This document shows, in pieces, positions 1-12,772 of a DNA stretch of 64,000 nt; positions within the stretch are counted from its first letter, which is position 1, and each line of letters opens with the position of its first letter. The DNA comes from Octopus vulgaris (lineage: Eukaryota). Under the pieces are notes generated by a model. That model searched no databases and was not told where the DNA came from. It was given only the letters and a program-made list of their open reading frames with translations. A program made the position numbers and the translations under genes. The DNA lies in the NCBI GenBank assembly GCA_951406725.2, contig OX597815.1:155434001-155498000 (forward strand), given 5' to 3'.

Positions 1-229
1 TTTTACTGAAATCTTTTTTGAGTGTACATACTTCTGTGAGATACTGTATATATATATATATATATATATATATTCGTTTGTCCCCTCTGTGTTTAGCCCC
101 TTGTGGGTAGTAAAGAAATATATATATATATATACATATAAATCAGTAAATGGTGGGGTTGTGTTGACCGCACGTGGAGAAATGATAGGAGAGGGAAAAT
201 CATAATAAAGCAGAATGTTAAATTGAAAG

Positions 230-1220
230 CAAATTTTAATAAAGATGGGTGTATGGAAAATTAAAAAAAAAAAAATAATAAATCATACCGATTTTCATTG
301 CAAAGCAAATTTTCAAGATTTGTAAGTGGAAAAGAATTTTTTTTTAATTGAGAAAGGGGAAAAAAAAGAAATTTACAATGTTTTTTTTAAAAAAAATAAT
401 AATACATATATACAAAAATTAATAAATAAGTATACCAATACATTGTAGAGTCTTTATGCTTTTAGAGTTCAATAATAGTCCTTGGAAAAACTTCTTTGAA
501 GGATTAGGATCCTTGTGTTTAAATGTAGTGCTTAGTTTAAAGCGTTGGGTGAATGTGTGTCAAAACAGGAAATGGGATAAGAGTTATCCAGTTCCTGTGA
601 GTAAGGGGAGACAATTCTGTGGATTTTATGCTCTTTAATTAGAAAGATGGATTTTTGTCAAACAGGATGCTTATATCAATTTTTTGTCAGATAGGATGCT
701 AGAAAAAGGAGTATGGTCATCGTGGAGTTTGCATATTAAGATGCGTTTGGAATTTTTCAATAAAAAGATTCTCCTTGTTGATTCTTTCTTGTGTAGAGAT
801 TCCGTCTTTACATTGGTAGAAAGGGAATATGTGAAATTTGGGATTTTTATCTCTAGCGCAAGAGTCTATGTGGCTACTTAGTGGAATTTGACGGTATTGT
901 GGGAGATTTATCTGTTCTTTATGAACCGCTACTCTTCTTCGTTTGTCCAACATAATTGTGTTGGCAACCGGCGCATGTGAGAACGTAGATGAGGTTCTCA
1001 GAGGAACAGGAGATTTTAAACTTTGTTCCTTGTTTGAAAGTATATTCAGAGCCTTCAAGTAGGAAGGGGCAGGTACCACAGTTATGGCCTGCACAATTTT
1101 TAACTGATGGGGGTGGATGTAGTGTCTGAAGTTTGGCATTTGTTAAGAGTTTTTTCAAAGATTTATGTTGCCTTTTGCATTTAAGGATTTTATGTGTATT
1201 GATAATATTATTCATTTTTA
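230..1220 (-). mobile_element. Penelope-like element 3' remnant (GIY-YIG endonuclease) with degenerate 3' HHR
   Basis: ORF 919..1215 reads C..C..CP...FKISCSSENLIYVLTCAGCQHNYVGQT, and the next frame gives R.AVHKEQI...RINKENLFIEKFQ. A decayed HHR-like motif lies at ~280-321. Confidence 0.85.
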
Positions 1221-1674
1221 TTCAGACCCAAAAACATTGGTGGCGCAGAGAGGGGAAGCCGGTATGCATGGACGACTGCTGGTCTTCCATAAACAACCTT
1301 GCCCGGACTTGTGCCTCGGAGGGTAACCTTCTAGGTGCAATCCCATGGTCAGTTATGACCGAAGGGGGTCTCAGCATATATATATATATATATATATGCA
1401 CACAAGCATGTGCGTGTGCATGCATGTGTGTGCATATGTATGTGTGTTTGTGCCACCTCGTCTTAATATTGTATGACAATTATAAACATGTGTTATTATC
1501 GTGCAAGCAGTGTCATTCATTTTCAATCTTTCATGAAAACATGTCTGATCATGGAGAAATATTATCTTGCTTAGAAACAAGTGACAGCCGGCAACAAAAA
1601 CAGCATCTGGCTGCATTATAATTTGTCTCAATTAATACCACTAACCCATGCAAGCATGGAAAAGTGAACATTAA

Positions 1675-1694
1675 AATAATAATGATGATGATAG

Positions 1695-1726
<32 letters not shown>

Positions 1727-1910
1727 GGTAATGGTGATGGTGATGATATCAGTGTCAGTGATGATGATGGTGATTTTTATGATGAGGAGGAGGACAACGA
1801 GGACGATGAGGACAAAGTAGGCAAGGAGGATGAGGAGGACAAGTACAAGGTCAAGGAGGAGGAGGATGTGGACAAGAGGATGAGGAAGAGGAGGTTGAAG
1901 TGGAGGAATT
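1675..1910. repeat. (GAT)n/(GAG)n trinucleotide low-complexity tract
   Basis: Direct inspection. Confidence 0.9.
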
Positions 1911-3223
1911 AAAGTTGTTACAAACTGCAGCCATATCAAATGTAGGCAAAAATTTTCTAAGGATAACTCACAGTTTTGCATATCCACTAAACCAATGAGA
2001 TAACATGGAAAACATTTTGTTAAAAATGATGCGGTTGATATTTCTTTGTCCAAAGTTTCATAGATTGCTATTTGGGTTGGAGAGTTCTAAGTAACTTACA
2101 GTGAAGATGTAAGCAACAGTATTGTTTGTAGCTAAGAAATTGTTCAGGACACACAGTGCAGAAAATCAGTGAACCATCAACCAGCAGACATATCGTAATT
2201 ATCTTCTTCTATTGATTCAAGCCAGTGGTATTGTGACTTAAAATAAATTTACTGTCCAAAATAAACAAGTTTCTACTTATGTAATGAGCAAAAATTGATC
2301 TTATTACAGTAATTGTCTAATCTCATTACAGCATGGAAAATAACCAACAACCAACAAATTGAGGGAGCTTTTATGTGGTCACTCGACTTACTAGAAATAA
2401 CAGTCAAAAGTCCTTTAAATCATATTGTAGCCTTATAAATAAGCAGCATATAATGCAGTCCCAGATTCTCTGTACAAAGGGGAAAAAAAGGGAGGATGGT
2501 CACTGCCGGAATGTCTGATCATAGGTCTGTTTCATCAAAGCTGACTTGGAACTAAACAACTAAGAAAGTAAGATGAGCCAATAACAGAGTTCAGTCTGTT
2601 TGCAACAGCAGTCAAATATCCCTCAAATTGCATCCTGTTATAGACAAGAACATATTTGAATACTGTGGCATTGGGTAGATTGAGCCTGGGAAAACATGGC
2701 ATACACATGAGCAGTTCAGTTAAAATTAACCTTGGGCTAGATAACACTAACAATAAAAATAATCACCAAGCACAGGAGGTCTACCTGCTAGTAATAGCTG
2801 CCTCATCACCCTCAAATTACACTATCTATATACGGAATTATCTAGTTCTAGATATATAATAAAAATATAGGGGGTTGGGGTTAAATTTGGCAGTTTCCAT
2901 AAAAGGAAAAGAAGTAATATCCAAAAGTAAAGATATTTTTAAAAATCAAAAAATATCAATGAAATTATGACAGGGACTCAAAGTAGATGCTCTCAGGTTC
3001 TGCCACAACCTCAAGACATCTCTGGAACCTGGTGCATGCATTCCTCACTGCTTTCCTGGGAAGATCTCTGAACATTTTTCTCATATTGGCCACCAGCTTG
3101 GCTTTGGTGTTACAGGTAGAGTAGTGGATGTCTTTTTCAATCATGCCTCACACATATAATCAGAATTAGGAGACCAAAAATTGAGGCTGCTGAAGAGATA
3201 CAAAACTCTCCTAGCACAAGCCA

Positions 3224-3834
3224 CCTTATTTGGTGGTTTGAGTTTTCTACTGCTCTTTCTAGCACAAGGCTTTCCTATTTGGAAGCTTCTTATTGTATTT
3301 CTATGTGAAATATAAATAGTCTAATGACTAATTCGTTTTTGTACTAGGTCACTGGTAATTATAATTTCTTATTACCCTATTGTTATTTATTATGTTTAAA
3401 TATTCTTTGATAAATTTGTTTGAAATTTTTACCGGCATCTTCTCTGTCTCCGGGTATAATCTGCGTCTGCACAGTGGTCTGAAAAGTTAGGATATACAGG
3501 CAGTTAGTTTTACATGTGGATCTGGCTGTGCGTATATTTGAAATCGAAAGGCTGTCCCACTGATGAAACTGGGCTTCAGCAAATATTTTTTTGCTGGAAA
3601 TAGTTAGAAACCATGGTCTGAGAAATAATTGAGATGGTAAACGTTTTTAATTGTCATTCCTTTCGAGAATTTATCCTTATTTGGTGGTTTGAGTTTTCTA
3701 CTGTTCTTTCTAGCACAAGGCTTTCCTATTTGGAAGCCTCTTATTGTATTTCTATGTGAATTATATATTGTCTAATGACTAATTCGTTTCTGTGCTAGGC
3801 CACTGACAATAATAATTTCTTAATACCCTATTGT
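3224..3834 (+). mobile_element. 451-bp-period partial tandem non-coding element with one HHR per unit (retrozyme / PLE-derived)
   Basis: 3224-3383 is repeated at 3675-3834 with few differences, and the HHR lies between the two copies. Confidence 0.7.
3555..3623 (+). ncRNA. type-I hammerhead ribozyme motif, long stem II
   Basis: UCCCA CUGAUGA AACUG..UUCAGCAAA-loop-UUUGCUGGA..UAGUU A GAAA CCAUGG UC^UGAGA; palindromic stem III ACCAUGGU, GUC site. Confidence 0.8.
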
Positions 3835-4219
3835 GGCTGTGTGGTAAGTAGCTTGCTAACCAACCACATGGTTCCGGGTTCAGTCCCACTGCGTGGCATT
3901 TTGGGCAAGTGTCTTCTGCTATAGCCCCGGGCCGACCAATGCCTTGTGAGTGGATTTGGTAGACGGAAACTGAAAAGAAGCCCGTCGTATATATGTATAT
4001 ATATATGTATGTGTGTGTTTGTGTGTCTGTGTTTGTCCCCCTAGCATTGCTTGACAACCGATGCTGGTGTGTTTACATCCCCGTCATTTAGCGGTTCGGC
4101 AAAAGAGACCGATAGAATAAGTACTGGGCTTACAAAGAATAAGTCCCGGGGTCGATTTGCTCGACTAAAAGGTGGTGCTCCAGCATGGCCGCAGTCAAAT
4201 GACTGAAACAAGTAAAAGA

Positions 4220-4220
<1 letters not shown>
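3833..4220 (+). mobile_element. tRNA-derived SINE family A (internal TA/TG microsatellite, gaaacaagtaaaagag tail)
   Basis: A box tggctgtgtgg and B box ggttcagtcc. Many other copies: 4795-5200, 5335-5690, 8815-8965, 10480-10684, 12790-12992, 23962-24095 (+); 25640-25937, 28510-28640, 31019-31705, 36960-37410, 44860-45246, 60497-60897 (-). Confidence 0.85.
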
Positions 4221-4256
<36 letters not shown>

Positions 4257-4499
4257 TTGAGAGAGAGAGAGAGAGTGGGGGTGGAGATTGAAGCATTAAT
4301 ACCAAAAGGTAAAATATTCACCCCTTAAAAGTGTATACTGCATTAAAACACACAAATACTGTGATATTTACCAAACGAGAAAAGCTTCCATATGGATTTT
4401 CAGTGCATAAAAGCACATAATAGCTATCACCAGTGGCAGACACTTATTTCCAATGCCAGGACTACCAGATCACGTGATTTCAGCCTCTTTTAGTCATAC

Positions 4500-4790
4500 A
4501 CACTCATGCACACAATTATTGGCACCCCTAGTCAAAAATGGGTTTTTATTGAATTTCTCACTAAAATTAGTGTCTACATAAATGATTTACGGTCAATGTA
4601 TGCAAAATTGTTTAAAGAACAAACAAAAATTAAATTTTCAAAACTATTTTTAATGAGTAAAAGAAAAACAAAGTAATTGGATTGTTCAAAATTATTGGCA
4701 CCTCTACAAAATTCAATAATTAAAAATCAATACTGTCTCCTTTATGCTTAATAACTTCCTTCAAGCTATGAGGATAATTTTCAATTAACT
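4500..4790. mobile_element. Tc1-like terminal fragment (IR-DR type)
   Basis: Repeated aattattggcacc transposase-binding-like motif at ~4514 and ~4689, beginning at TACA. Confidence 0.55.
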
Positions 4791-4944
4791 TCAAGGTGCA
4801 GGAGTGGCTGTGTGGTAAGTAGCTTTCTTACCAACCACATCGTTCTGGGTTCAGTCCCACTGCATGGCATCTTCTACTATAGCCTCAGGCTGACCAAAGC
4901 TTTGTGAGTGGATTTAGTAGGCGGGAACTGAAAGAAGTCCGTCG

Positions 4945-5006
<62 letters not shown>

Positions 5007-5890
5007 CTGCAACATCGCTTGACAACTGAAGCTGGTGTGTTTACGTCCCTGTAACTTAGCGGTTTGGCAAAAGAGACCGATACAATAAGTACTAGGCTTA
5101 CAAAGAATAAGTTTGGGGGTCAATTTGCTCGACTAAAGGTGGTGCTCCAGCATGGCCACAGTCAAATGAGTGAAACAAGTAAAAGAGAGTAAAAGAGTAA
5201 ACAAGATTAGGAATGGTTATGCAGTTAAGAAACTTGAATACTTGGACAAATATCTACTATAAGTACAGGCCAACTTAGTGACTAAATTTAGTAGATGGAA
5301 ACTAAGAGCCCATTGTTTGTGTGTATAATCTACAGGCACAGGTGTGGCTGTGTGGTAAGATACTTGTTTACCAACCACATCATCCCAGGTTCAGTCCCAC
5401 TGTGTGGCACCATAGCTTTGAGTAGATTTGGTAAATAACAACTGAAAGAAATCTGTTGTGTGTGCGGGGAGGGGGTGTTTCCCACTATTGTTTGACAATC
5501 AGTGTCACTGTGTTTATGTCCCTGTAACTTAGCAGTTCAGCAAAAGAGACTGATAGAATAAGTACCAGGCTTTACACAAAAAAAAAAAAAAAATTAGTAC
5601 TAGGGCCAATTTGTTTGACTAAAAATTCTTCAAGGCAGTACCCCAGCATGGCCACAGTCTAATGACTGGGACAAGTAAATAGATAAAAGATAAGCAAGTG
5701 AAATTTGAGAATAATAAGTAAAAGAAAGGGAAAAGGAAAAATATCTTTAAAGCTTTTATAAAAGAGAAAGAGAGAGACAAAGAAATTTTGAAGAGTGATC
5801 TTTATTATTGTTAAGATTTCAAATAGGAATCAAAAAATAGATCGAGAAAAATAATCTTATTAGAATTAATACAAGGAAATCAAATATTTC

Positions 5891-5896
5891 TTTATT
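5891..5896 (-). terminator. polyadenylation signal AATAAA of the aminopeptidase gene
   Basis: tttatt on + lies 27 nt past the stop codon. A second copy is at 5801-5806. Confidence 0.55.
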
Positions 5897-5923
5897 GTAT
5901 TTCATTTTGTTTTGGAATGATTT

Positions 5924-6058
5924 TCAGATACGAGGGAGAACGTAGTGACTGGATAGAGCCAAAACAGGAGCTCCGGTAGGGACACCTGGAAATGGTCCGC
6001 TGGAACCAGCAACATCAATGTGAGAGTAAGGAATTGGAGTGTTGGAATCAATACCATG
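5924..6058 (-). CDS. aminopeptidase terminal exon 16 (HGIDSNTPIPYSHIDVAGSSGPFPGVPTGAPVLALSSHYVLPRI*)
   Basis: ttttag|...ATC TGA, 135 nt, HIDxAG motif. Confidence 0.96.
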   Translation of the reverse strand, partial: HGIDSNTPIPYSHIDVAGSSGPFPGVPTGAPVLALSSHYVLPRI

Positions 6059-9000
6059 CTAAAAGAAAAATGAGCAGAAAACAAATATCAGTTCTGTTTC
6101 AAATGGCACAAGTTGTTATCAGTTTTCACTGAATTAGACATATGCAAAGAATATATAGAAATATTACACAAACACACACACACAAATACATAGAAATGCA
6201 CACATACACACACAAATACATACACACACACACAAATGCACATACACACACACACATACAAATGCACATACACACACACATACAAATGCACATACACACA
6301 CACATACAAATGCACATACACACACACACACATACAAATGCACATACACACATACAAATGCACATACACACACATACAAATGCACATACACACACACATA
6401 CAAATGCACATACACATACAAATGCACATACACATACAAATGCACATACACATACAAATGCACACACACACAAATGCACATACACACACATACAAATGCA
6501 CATACACAGAAATGCACACACACACACAAATACATACACACATGCACACACAAATACATACATACAAATGCACACATACACACACAAAAACATATACATA
6601 AAACTGCACACATACACACAGATACATACATATACACACAAATACATACTCACATACACAAATACATACAAATGCACACATATGCACACAAATACATACA
6701 AATGCACATACACACATACATGCACACACACATACAAATGCACATACACACACACATGCAAATGCACATACATACACAGAAATGTGCACATAGACACAAA
6801 TGCATACACAAATACATACATACAAATGCACATACACATACATACAAATGCACATACACACATACAAATGCACATACACACATACAAATGCACATACACA
6901 CATACAAATGCACGTACACATACATACAAATGCACTTACACACATACATACAAATGCACTTACACACACATACAAATGCACTTACACACACATACAAATG
7001 CACATACACACATACAAATGCACATACATACAAATGCACGTACACACACATACATACAAATGTACATACAGACACACACATACATAGAAATGCATGTACA
7101 CACACACATACATACAAATGCACATACACACACACACACACACATACAAAACATCCCTATAGATCTGGGTTTTTTTTCATTTATCATCATTATTATCGAG
7201 GGGGGTCAATAAATTAAGTACCAGTTGAACACCAGTGTCAATCTTATTGACTTAGCCCCTCCCTTCTATCCAAATTAGTTTTTGAACCCAATATTTTCAT
7301 GCTATTATTTATAGCTTGATTTGTGCTTCAAGATCCACTATTCCAAAAGAGAATTATTTCACATTATCTAAGTTTATTAATTCTTACAGCTATTATTATT
7401 CTTATTTTTATTTTTACCACTTTGAAACAAAGCTACATATTTCAAGTATTGAAAGCCAATTTCAAAACACTGAGCTTTATACAAGAGACAACTAAGGATA
7501 GAGATATCTGGTGCATTGCTGTACAGAAGAAGACCTGTCCACCACAGTAGAATTGATACTGGTGCTGGTGCCACATAAAAAGCACTCATGCTGGGCTCAT
7601 ACTGAAAACATCCACTACACTCTGAAGTGGTTTGCATTAGGAAAAGCATCCACATACAGAAACGATGTCAGAAAAGACAACTGGAGCTTGGTGCAACCCA
7701 TGGCTTTAACAGCTCCAGTCAAACCGTCAAACCCATGCTAGCATAGAAAGCAGTCATTAAATGATGGTGATGTTGAGACTGAATAACACAGTTGCCCATT
7801 ATTAAAAACTGAAGTAGTAACAAACAGATATAATTAAACCAATTGGCTTTATGATAATTGTAACTATTTTACAGAAAAAGTGTTGAGAGTATTCAGGCTC
7901 CTTGGGGCTGCAGATGACAAGCCATCACAGAGAAAATCATTAAACAAAACTAAAGGATATGTTTTTAAGTGACTAAGTGGATTAAGGTCTATTATATTTA
8001 TAAACTGTTATAATGATGGTTTCTAATTTTGGCATAACAGCCAAAATTTGTAGGTGAACTATATAATCAATGGAATCTAATACTTGATGGGTACAAGAAA
8101 AGGCTGACCTTCATAAAATTTGAACTGATAACCTAGATTAACGGATGTAAATGGAATTAAGGAGGAAGGATGGATGGACGGACTGACAGTCAGGCACATA
8201 AAAAGGCAGGCAGGCAGACAGAGACAGAGACAGACAGACAGACAGAGAGGCAGAAATATAGACAGTTACTGATAAGTGGGCTCAATAATATATATGGCCA
8301 CAAACAAACAGACAAAAACAACAGCAGTAAATAAAGAAACAAAGAAATTTAAGCCACTGCCAATTATTTCAGACTTAAAGCGATAATTAAGAAAACAGCT
8401 TAATTTCTTTGTAGTAAAAAATAAAATAAACAAAATCAACATGAAATAAATTTGAACTGGCAAGATGTTCAATATTATTGATGCTAACTTACTTTGTCCA
8501 TTCCTGATGCTAAAATAAGGAATGCAGCTGGTGTCTGGTGACCTCTTGGTGTCTGAGAAGATGGTAAATTGTTACACTGAAGAACATCTTCATATTCAGA
8601 TTTACCGGCATGGAAGCTATAATCCTGGTAATGGAAACAAATGAAATATAGCATCAAAAGACTTTTCTTGGGCTACTTTTTTTTTCATTTTTATTTTTGG
8701 TTTGTTTTGCATTTTTATTTGCTGGGTCTGGAAGAGGGGTTATACCCATGGCTATCAGTTTCCCATGTATAATAGTGAGACTGAAATCATTAGCCCTTTT
8801 TTTTTTTTAACCAAAAGCTATGTGGTAAGAAGTTGCTTCCCAACCACATGGATCTGGTTTCAGTCCCACTGTGTGACGACTTGGGCAAGTGTCTTCTACT
8901 ATAGCCTCGGGCCGACCAAAGCCTTGTGAGTGGATTTGGTAGACAGAAACTGATGTCTACCAAATATATGTATGTATATATATGTATTTATATATATATA

Positions 9001-9729
9001 TATATATATATAAATGGCGGTGCCCCAGCATGGCCACAGCTCATGAGCTGAAACTAGAATCAATCAATCAATCAATCAATCATATCATCATCATCATGTT
9101 GTTTAACGTCCGTTTTCCATTCTAGCATGGGTTGGACGGTTCGACCGGGGTCTGGGAAGCTAGGAGGCTGCACCAGGCTCCAGTCCGACTGGCAGTGTTT
9201 CTACAGCTGGATGCCCTTCCTAACGCCAGCCCCTCCATGAGTGTAGTGGGTGCTTTTTATATGCAACTGGCACAGGTGCCAGGGGAGGCTGGCAACGGCT
9301 ACAATCGGTTAGTGCATTTTATGTGCCACCAGCACAGAAGCCACTCAAGGTGGCGCTGGCATAGAACACACATGGATGGTGCTTTTTACGTGCCACTGGC
9401 ACAGGTGCCAGGGGAGGCTGGCAACAGCCACAATCGGTTGGTGGTTTTTACGTGTCACCGACACGGAAGCTGGCATCGGCCACAGAAGGATGGTGGTTTT
9501 TAGGTGCAACAGGCACAGGTGCAAGGGTAGGCCGGCAACGGCCATGATTGGTTGGTGCTTAAAACCACCTTTTATCAATTCAATAAAGGAAAATGAAATT
9601 ATACCATCTAGAAAAAACATCTTATAGAAAGATTAAATATAAGATAAAATATATAACAATGATTATGTAATGTGCAAAATAATAAATATATTATATACGT
9701 TTTATATATGATATATATATATACATATA

Positions 9730-9765
<36 letters not shown>

Positions 9766-10436
9766 TAGAAAAAAAACACCTTCTATCAATTCAATAATGA
9801 AAAATGAAATTATACCATCTAGAAAAATTACATCTTATAGAAAGATTAAATATAAGATAAAATATATAACAATGATTATGTAATGTGCAAAATGATAAAT
9901 ATATTATATACGTTATATTTATTATTTTGCACATTACTTAATCATTGTTATATATTTTATCTTATATTTAATTTTTCTATAAGATGTAATTTTTCTAGAT
10001 GGTATAATTTCATTTTTCATTATTGAATTGATAGGTGTTTTTTTTCTAATTTATATATATAGCCCTTCTTATCTTGTTCTCCTTGTCCTGTCTCTCACTG
10101 TTATATATTTATTTTTCCACTGTTTATATATATATTTTTTATGTTTATATTTTGTAAGTTTGGAATAATATTCCCTCATTATTATTATTATTGCTTTTAT
10201 ATATATATATATATATATATATCGCCATGTTGATTCGACTAGCTTCTGCATTGTCCTGTATTTTTTTGCTTGTCTTCTCCTTGTTTCTTTTCTGTGTATC
10301 TTTCTGTTGAAGAGCGTAGTAGGTACGTAAACATAAAAGACTTGTTTTATTTATATTCCTGAGCGCCATACTAATACAATTTTGTTTGTTTAATATTCCA
10401 CCTGTAAATTTGAATAATATCCCTTCATATTATTAT

Positions 10437-10480
<44 letters not shown>

Positions 10481-12741
10481 TGTCTGTGTTTGTCCCCCCC
10501 AACATCGCTTGACAACCGAGGCTGGTGTGTTTACGTCCCCGTAACTTAGTGGTTCGGCAAAAGATACTGATGCAATAAGTACTAGGCTTACAAAGAATAA
10601 GTCCTGGGGTCGATTTGCTCAACTAAAGGTGGTGTTCCTGCATGGCCACAGTCAAATGACTGAAACAAGTAAAAGTAAAAGAGTATATAATGTGGTTGGC
10701 ATTTGGAAGGGCATCCAGTTATACAAACCATGCCAAAGCTGACCTCGCCTGTGTGAGTGCCACATGAAAAGCACTCAGCCCACTCTGCTGGGTGGTTGGA
10801 ATCAGGAAGGGCATCAACCCATAAAAACCATGCCAAAATAGACACTGAAGCAAGGTGCAGGCACCTGCCTGACCAGCTCCTGTCAAACCATACATGGAAG
10901 GAGGACATTAAATGATGATGGTTCTAATGCGCTTAGCTTAGATCTTCCTTGGGGCTGGCCAGATTGGAGCAATCTCAAGATTAATCAGCCAAAATTGCAA
11001 GGATGATCCAGTTCTTGACTGAAGATTGAAGGCTTCGAACGTCCCGTCCGTGTTTTTTGTATCGTCTTCTAAATGTTTTGCGTTCTTGTCCCAGTTTGTA
11101 TTTTTTTTACACACACATATATATACATATATATATATATAATATATATATATACATATATATAGTCAGTAAATCATAAATTCGAAAAAGCAGGGCTGAC
11201 CCAATAGTCCAGCCATATCTATCTATCTGTATATAATTTCCTAGATGTTACTTTAGACCTGGGCTCTAAAGCATACAGGCCCTATCACAAGTCAAACAAG
11301 AAGCTGTCTTATGTTAACACACCCTCCTGCCACCCCTTATAATCATCAAGAACCTAGTGAAGGGTGTAAGCAAGAGGACCTTGAATCTATCATTTAGCCA
11401 AAATATCTTCAACACCACTACCCACTACAGCAAAGAGGGTTTAAGGACTGCATCTCTGCATGCCAGGCCCTAACACCCAGAAAAGGAAGTGCTGCAAAAA
11501 GATCATTTGGTTTGCCCCACCCTTCTCACTTAACATCAAGACTTGTGTAAGAAGGATTTTCCTTAGATTAATGGATAAGCATTTTACACACACACACATA
11601 GATATACAGGCATTTATTTTACAGGCACAACCTAGGATTCTCCTTTAGTTGTGCACCTAACATAAAAAGCATTTTAACAAGCACCCACAAAACAAGAGAG
11701 GAGGCCGATGAGAGGCTGAAGGAGTCATCTGTGAAGCTACAGTGACACCTAGATCTGGTATCTGCATTACCAGCAATATACCATCTAACAGCAACAGTAG
11801 CAGATTAACTAGCTCTTATACCAGTACAATCGCCACAGCCAGAGATGATGACCAGTCCAGGATCAACAACACAGAGCAGGTAACTGATGACACTAGAACC
11901 ACCATCACAGATGATGAAGAGACTGGTCCTGCACCATACGTTACCACCAGCCACAGCTACACTAACACCAGCAGCATCATTGCCAACCATATGACCAGAA
12001 ATGATAACCACGGAGATAACACTTCTGGATCATTGCATCATAACAACATCAGCAATGGTGTTACCAACAACATCACCACATCCAAAGACTAACAGAGATA
12101 TACCAGGAGTGCAAATATAGCCACCTCCCAAGTTTCTAAATATATCTGATCAACCAGTACATCTTTCATACAACACTTCTGCAACCACCAGTCATCCTTC
12201 AGAGTCCTAGAAAGACGTTTTATCACATCCCTAGTCAGCCATATATGGCACCTCAAAAATCAAGAGACCTCATGTGATATCAGGTGGAAAATAATAGAAC
12301 ATCAAGGTGGGAGTGGCCGTTACAAAATCTGCATCACAGAGAGAACCAAAATTCTTAAGGACTATGCTAAAGCTGGTGCATTAAATAGTTGTAAAGAAAT
12401 TTGTTCTAAACCTGTTCATTTCAGGTGCTACTTACTGGAAAACTGGACCTCTCCATTTTGCTGGTTAAGCTTTTAAGAGTTTGTAAAGGGCTTTTAGCCT
12501 CTTGTCCAGGGGAGATAACTCGTCCTCTTAAACGTTTTTATATATCTTAGCTGTTAAATCTCATTATCCTAGTGTTTTGTCATGTCTGTAAGATTAGAAA
12601 CTTAAATTTTGTCTTTGAACAGAGTCTGATGAGCTGTCCACAAGGCTGTGAAACCATTGGTAACACTACGACCAGAACTTAACTTTTTGTTTGTTTGACA
12701 GAGAGAGACAGACAGAGATAGAGAGAGAAAGAGAGAGAGAG

Positions 12742-12772
<31 letters not shown>

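Noticed and set aside
1628-2053. Acidic poly-D/E and poly-H ORFs
   Set aside because: Products of (GAT)n/(GAG)n repeats; no splice or homology support.
6088-7217. Long overlapping ORFs (up to 356 aa) rich in H/T or C/V
   Set aside because: Translations of a CA-rich minisatellite, open in most frames, located in intron 15.
11015-11050. ctgaagattgaaggcttcgaacgtc as a hammerhead
   Set aside because: GAAC instead of GAAA and no convincing stem I. Worth re-testing with the family consensus.
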